Positions 57,462-64,000 of a DNA stretch of 64,000 nucleotides are shown in pieces. The DNA comes from the human T2T-CHM13v2.0 reference genome, Homo sapiens: the NCBI GenBank assembly GCA_009914755.4, contig CP086569.2, positions 640,001-704,000 on the forward strand. Reading direction: 5' to 3'. Numbering within the stretch: position 1 is the first letter of the stretch; every line of letters begins with the position of its first letter. The notes under the pieces were generated by a model that did no database searches, was not told the origin of the DNA, and saw only the letters and a program-made list of their open reading frames with translations. The translations under genes and the position numbers were made by a program.

Positions 57462-57835
57462 AAAAGTTTATATAAATATGCATTGTGTATACTTTATATT
57501 AATATATTGATATAAATAAATGTATTTTATTAATATAAACATATGATTTTTATAGTTTACATAAATAATAAAGTTACATATGGTGTATATGTAAAATATA
57601 CTTTTATTTGTAATACATAATTGTATAGATTAAATTTTATATACTAAGCAAAGTTACGTGTAATATATACATGCCATATAACATCATTTATATAATATAT
57701 AACTTTATGTAAATAAAATAAAATTGATCTTATATTAATACGTAATTATGTATATACACTATGTAAAAATAAAATTATATATTGTATATGCATAATTATA
57801 TTTCTATAAATACACGCTTATGTGTGTATTTATAC
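57462..57835 (+). repeat. AT-rich block B1 (~375 bp), a direct copy of 58836-59220 at ~90% identity
   Basis: aaaagtttatataaatatgcattgtgtatactttatattaatatattgatataaataaatgtattttattaatataaacatatgatttttata... is repeated in direct orientation after the right arm. Confidence 0.9.
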
Positions 57836-58283
57836 GTGAATGCCTGTGTTTGTGTGAGTCCATCAGTGAGTGCGTGAATGTGTGTGTGAGCATGTGTGTC
57901 TGTGTGAGTGTAAGAGTGTTGTACCTTTATACACACCCATTTTGTTTTCTGGTTAATAACAAGGTCTATGTTTGATTTAGGATATGAAGAATTCTTATAA
58001 GCAACCCCACACACACAATTTGTATTTATTTTAAAATATTCTTAAAATATGGATTTTTTTTATTTTTGCACAAACAGACAAGACTGTTTTTTCTTTCCAA
58101 AACTTTTATTTCAAATTCTGACACCGAGGGGGAGAAAAAGAAGAAAACATTGTGTAACCTTATATGCATTAGACACATAAGTAATTACTAAATGCAATAC
58201 AGATTTCGACAACATGCTTTTAGGAAACAGGAGGAATTCAAACTCGTAGCCGCCTCAATGTTGAACTTTCTAATGTTTAATTT

Positions 58284-58611
58284 TTTTAATTAAAAATTAT
58301 TCGTTTGGGTTCAATATGTACGGATCTCCAGGGCAGAAACGTCTCTCTAAAAAGTGAACCGTTCTGAAAATCACCGTCGTTTGGGAGAGTGACACCCCAG
58401 CTGTCTTCTGAGAAACAGCAGAGACGTCCTGCCAGTGGGGTGTCTCTTTCCCTGAGGCCGAGATGTCAGGGAATTTTTCTTCCCCACCCCTAGGAGCTCA
58501 GTCAACCGGGGATATTTCAGAAGGATTTGCACAGGGCCCCGGCTTCTGCTGTAAATGATCTTCATGGATTCTTGGCTCAGGCTTGTGATCAGCTTACCTG
58601 CTGCAGAATCA
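58284..58611 (-). repeat. Right arm of the inverted duplication
   Basis: It is the reverse complement of 57135-57460. Both arms end in the self-complementary tttttaattaaaaa. Confidence 0.95.
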
Positions 58612-58835
58612 CTTTCCCTCGTAGCTTCTGGGCTCAGACACCTCAAAACCAGCAAAGGGAAGTCCTCACTGGCCAACGCGTCCATCCCAACTCCCGCATC
58701 TCCCCTTAGGGCGGGTTTGGGGTCCCGGACTTCGTTACTGATCCTTTCAAAGCGGACAGGGAGGTAAGATTTTATTCTGTTTCCAGAGGTTCACGATTTC
58801 TGCAGACGGTCAGCAACTCTTTGCATCCTACTGGT

Positions 58836-59220
58836 AAAAGTTTTATATACTTTGTATTTATATAAATATGCATTGGGTATATTTTATATCAATAGATTGC
58901 TATAAATAAGTATATTTTATTAATATAAACATATGATTTTTATATTTTTATATAAATAATAAAGTTATATATAGTGTATATGTAAAATACACTTTTATTT
59001 GTAATACATAATTTTGTAGATTAAATTTAATATATTAAGCAAAAATATGTGTAACATATACATAACATATAACATATTTATATAACATATAACTTAATGT
59101 AAATAAGTATATAATAAAATTGATATTATATTTGTTAATACATAATTATGTATATATACTATGTAAAAATAAAATTATATATTGTATATGCATAATTATA
59201 TTTCTATAAATACAATTACA
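58836..59220 (+). repeat. AT-rich block B2, the direct repeat of B1
   Basis: See B1. It continues into ~400 bp of further AT-rich low-complexity sequence to ~59640. Confidence 0.9.
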
Positions 59221-59559
59221 TACCACATATAATTATGTATAAAATAATTGTATATAAAATTATATAATAAATTTTGAAACTTTATAAATTATTATACATA
59301 GTATTTTATTGTATTAAATTTAGAAATGTGTTATATATAATAAAACCTTATATAATAAATGTAGATTATATAAAATTTTATTTATAATAAATTACCTTAT
59401 GTATAATCATATGAGAAAATAATTACATATAACATTGTATTACAATAAATTTAGAAATGTTATACATTATTATATATAAAATTTCATTATATTAAATTTA
59501 GAAATATATATAGTAAAATGGTATATTAAAATTTTTATGTAACATTTTATTATACATGT

Positions 59560-60790
<1,231 letters not shown>

Positions 60791-61224
60791 GCGTGGGGCA
60801 GGTGGGATCTGGAGGTGACTCTGGGCTGCCAGAAGATGCCCCACTGCTTTGGGGCAGACACAGGTGGAGAGGTCCTCTCTGTAGCTTCAGCGTGGACACT
60901 GTGTGTGTCTTGTTGTGGGAGCACTTCTTTGTGCTTCCCTCTCCACTGTGACCCCGTCACATTCACTGACCTGTCCTCCTCCTTCCTCTCGCTCTCCGGG
61001 GCCCCTGTGCAAAGAGGGTCTTCCCCCCGAGCAGCAGGAACCCCCTAGACCCTCCCCATGCTCCTGGGTTCTGAACCTCAGGTACATGAGATCCTACCTG
61101 ACCGGGCACAGGCTCTGTTCACCCTCAGGAACCCCTGTCCTCCCAGGCCACCGTGGACTGGAGAACTGGCCTCCTGAAAATCCAGAGAGAACTTAGCACC
61201 GACAACTTCTTTTTTCCTTTTTCT

Positions 61225-61510
61225 TTTCTTTTTTTTTTTTTTTGAGACAGGATCTTGCTCCGTCCCCCAGGCTGGAGTGCAACGGCATGATCTCAGCTCA
61301 CTGCAACCTCCTCCTCCCACATTCAAGCAGTTCATCCTGCCTCTGTCTCCCGAGTATCTGGGATCACAGGCCTCCACCCCCACGGCCAACTAATTTCTGT
61401 GTTTTTAGTAGAGACGGGGTTTCACCATGTTGGCCAGGCTGGTCTCGAACTCTTGACCCCAAGTGATCCACCCGCCTCGGCCTCCCAAAGCACCGGGATG
61501 ACACATATTA
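61225..61510 (-). mobile_element. Alu, antisense, diverged and 5'-truncated
   Basis: T-run gagacaggatcttgctccgtcccccaggctggagtgcaacggcatgatctcagc ... caccgggatgaca. Confidence 0.9.
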
Positions 61511-61989
61511 GCATGACGTATATTCTTCTGTTCCTCCGGGGACTCACTGTCTTCTTGGGCCAGTGAACCACCGTGCCCTGCCTTCTCTGTCCACATCTAC
61601 ACACGTGTAAATCTCTGTAGATTCTGAATTGTTTTTCCTTTTGCACAGAATGAGAGGAACTGAAGTCGGGAGGCCCAGCCCCAACATGGTCCCTCTGGCT
61701 CTGTGCTCAGGCGGTTTATGGCTGAGAAGGACTTGGGGGTTGAGGGCTTCCTATCAGCCCAGGAGACATTCCCCGGGCCTGGGGAAGCCTGCTCTGCACT
61801 TGTGGGTCTCGAATTGTCTGTTGCATTTACCTGCCTTATTATTTTTTCTTCCTGTCTCTCTTCTTACATATTTCTCTCGAATTTGGGGCTTGTTTTTCTT
61901 AACTACAATCAACGTGAATCATTATTGCATTATATAAATATAAATTTTATATTGAATAGACATTATATGCTCAATCTAGTACACATTCC

Positions 61990-63240
61990 AACACAGGCCA
62001 TATCTAAGAGGCATATTTATATTTAATGTACAAAACATGTTTACATTTCGTATGGAAAATATACATTTATATTTAACATATATGTGTATATTTAATACAG
62101 GGAATATATATTTATATTTAATATAGAAAATATATATTATATTTGACATATAAAAATATATGTTTATATTTAATATGGGAAATATATGTTTATGTTTAAT
62201 ATACAAAATACATGTTGATATTTAAAATAGAAAATGTATAGTTATATTTGCTATGCAAAATACATGTTTATATTTAATATAGAAAATATGTTTATATTTA
62301 ACGTAGAGAATATATATTTATATTTAATATGGAAAATATATATTTATATTTAACATATATAGTATTTATATTTAATGTATAAAATATGTTTACATTTAAT
62401 GTGCGGAATATATGCTTATATTTAATGTCTAAAATACATGTTTATATTTAATGTATTGTAAACATTAAATGTACCAAACGTATTCTTATATTTAATGTAT
62501 AAAAGATGTTTATATTTAATATATAAGATATGTTTACATTTAATGGATAAAATGTTTATGTTTGATGTATAAAAGATGTTTATATTTAATGTATACAATG
62601 TTTATATTTAATGTACCAAATATATTATTATATTTAATGTCCAAAATGTATTTATATATAATATGTAAGGTATGTTTATATTTTATATGAAAGATATGTT
62701 TACATTTAACGTATAAAATGTTTATGTTTAATGTATACAACATGTTTATATTAAATGTATACGATGTTTTTATTTAATGTACCAAATGTATTATATTTAA
62801 TGTATAAAAGACGTTTATATTTAACATATAAGTTTATATATACTTTATATATTATATATTATATATACGTTATATATTGTATAATATATAAAATATATAA
62901 AAATAAGTTATATTTAATATATAAGATATGTTTATATTTAATGTATATGTTTATGTTTAATATATAAAAGATGTTTATATTTAATGTATAAAAACATGTT
63001 TAATGTATAAATTATATTTATATTTAATGTATATTTTTATATTTAATGAATACATATATTTGTATTAATATATGAAATGTATATTCATACTTAGTATGTA
63101 AATATACACTCATTTAATAGACAAAATGTATATCTGTATTTAGTATATAAAATGTATATTTGAGTTTAATAGATAAATGCATGTTCATATTAATATGTAA
63201 ATATATGTCCATGTTTATAAAAATATATATATTTACATGC
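61990..63240. repeat. AT-rich minisatellite (~20-40-bp units, tgtttatatttaatgtataaaa), ~1.25 kb
   Basis: Read directly. A short related copy with the same 5' flank lies at 54000-54125. Confidence 0.95.
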
Positions 63241-64000
63241 TCCTTGTCTCCTTTTCTAGATCAAGATCTTACAGTAATAGCAAAAAAAAATAAAATCCGT
63301 TTATTTTGTAACAAAACACCTTGGGCTTCCCACAGCCTGGACCAACATGATTTTATTTTAGAGCAAAGAGTGAGGTGTAAGCAGGTTTTCTGGCCCCATC
63401 GGGCGACATGTGTGGCTGGGGCAGCGCTGTGTAGGGAAGGACACAGCCAGTGGACCCTCTAGAGTTTCCCTGCATGGGGTTTCTCTCTCTTCCTCTTACA
63501 AGAAACACTTTCTGAATTTTTAGGACACCCAGTCATGAATGCAAGAAACCTGAGATGGAGTCAGCCTGGGAACAGCCGAGCTCTGAGACGGTCACATCAA
63601 GCTGTTCCCACCGTAAAACTCACTCCTGACGTCCACCTCTCCTGGGATGAAAGTGGCCAGCAGCCTCGGCCTGGCCTAGGACTCCAGAGCCCCGGGTAGT
63701 GGTGGCTGGGGTGACTGACAGGGCCTGTCTGCTCCAGCTGCCTCCCTGTCCCTGAGTCTGTCCAGCCAAGGGTCACCCTGCAATGCAGGACCTCAGTGAT
63801 TCTGCACATAGGGGTCACTTTGCTCACATTCTCAAAGATAAAAATGAACCCAGTTTCAAAATCAAAAACAAAAACCAGTTGTCTGTGTAATACTCTTGCA
63901 GCAGAGCTGGTGCCCTTTCCTGCGTCTATAATTTGTAGCCTTAAGGTTGTAAAAGTCTACACTGGAAGCAAACACAAGCTCCTTCTGAACACCACCAAGA

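Overview
This window is primate, almost certainly hominoid (human-like), nuclear DNA, not a prokaryotic or viral gene system. Roughly 60 Alu SINEs in both orientations make up about 30% of the window and include AluY-type elements. There are also several L1 3'-end fragments, MaLR LTRs (MLT1- and THE1/MST-like), a probable ERV9/LTR12 LTR, and an unusually high density of micro- and minisatellites and larger tandem arrays. I could not recognise any protein-coding exon. Every long ORF in the supplied track is a translation of Alu sequence (peptides such as '[18 protein letters not shown]' and '[10 protein letters not shown]'), of simple repeats, or of tandem arrays. No CRISPR array, operon or defence island is present, so the 'undescribed system' hypothesis is not supported. 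The noteworthy content is structural. It includes a 170-bp GC-rich VNTR with a 340-bp higher-order period, a 339-bp satellite-like array derived from the 5' part of an MLT1 LTR, a 160-bp array derived from an L1 3'UTR, and a tandemly duplicated composite Alu with an embedded minisatellite. It also includes a ~326-bp inverted duplication with direct-repeat flanks, recurrent internal tandem duplications of the Alu left monomer, a TSD-flanked chimeric retro-insertion that copies a nearby segment, and CpG-retaining TAAT-rich unique islands that look like conserved non-coding elements. The locus cannot be assigned from sequence alone, although VNTR density of this kind is typical of subtelomeric or otherwise recombination-prone regions. 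Coordinates are read by eye from the sequence and are accurate to roughly +/-10 bp.
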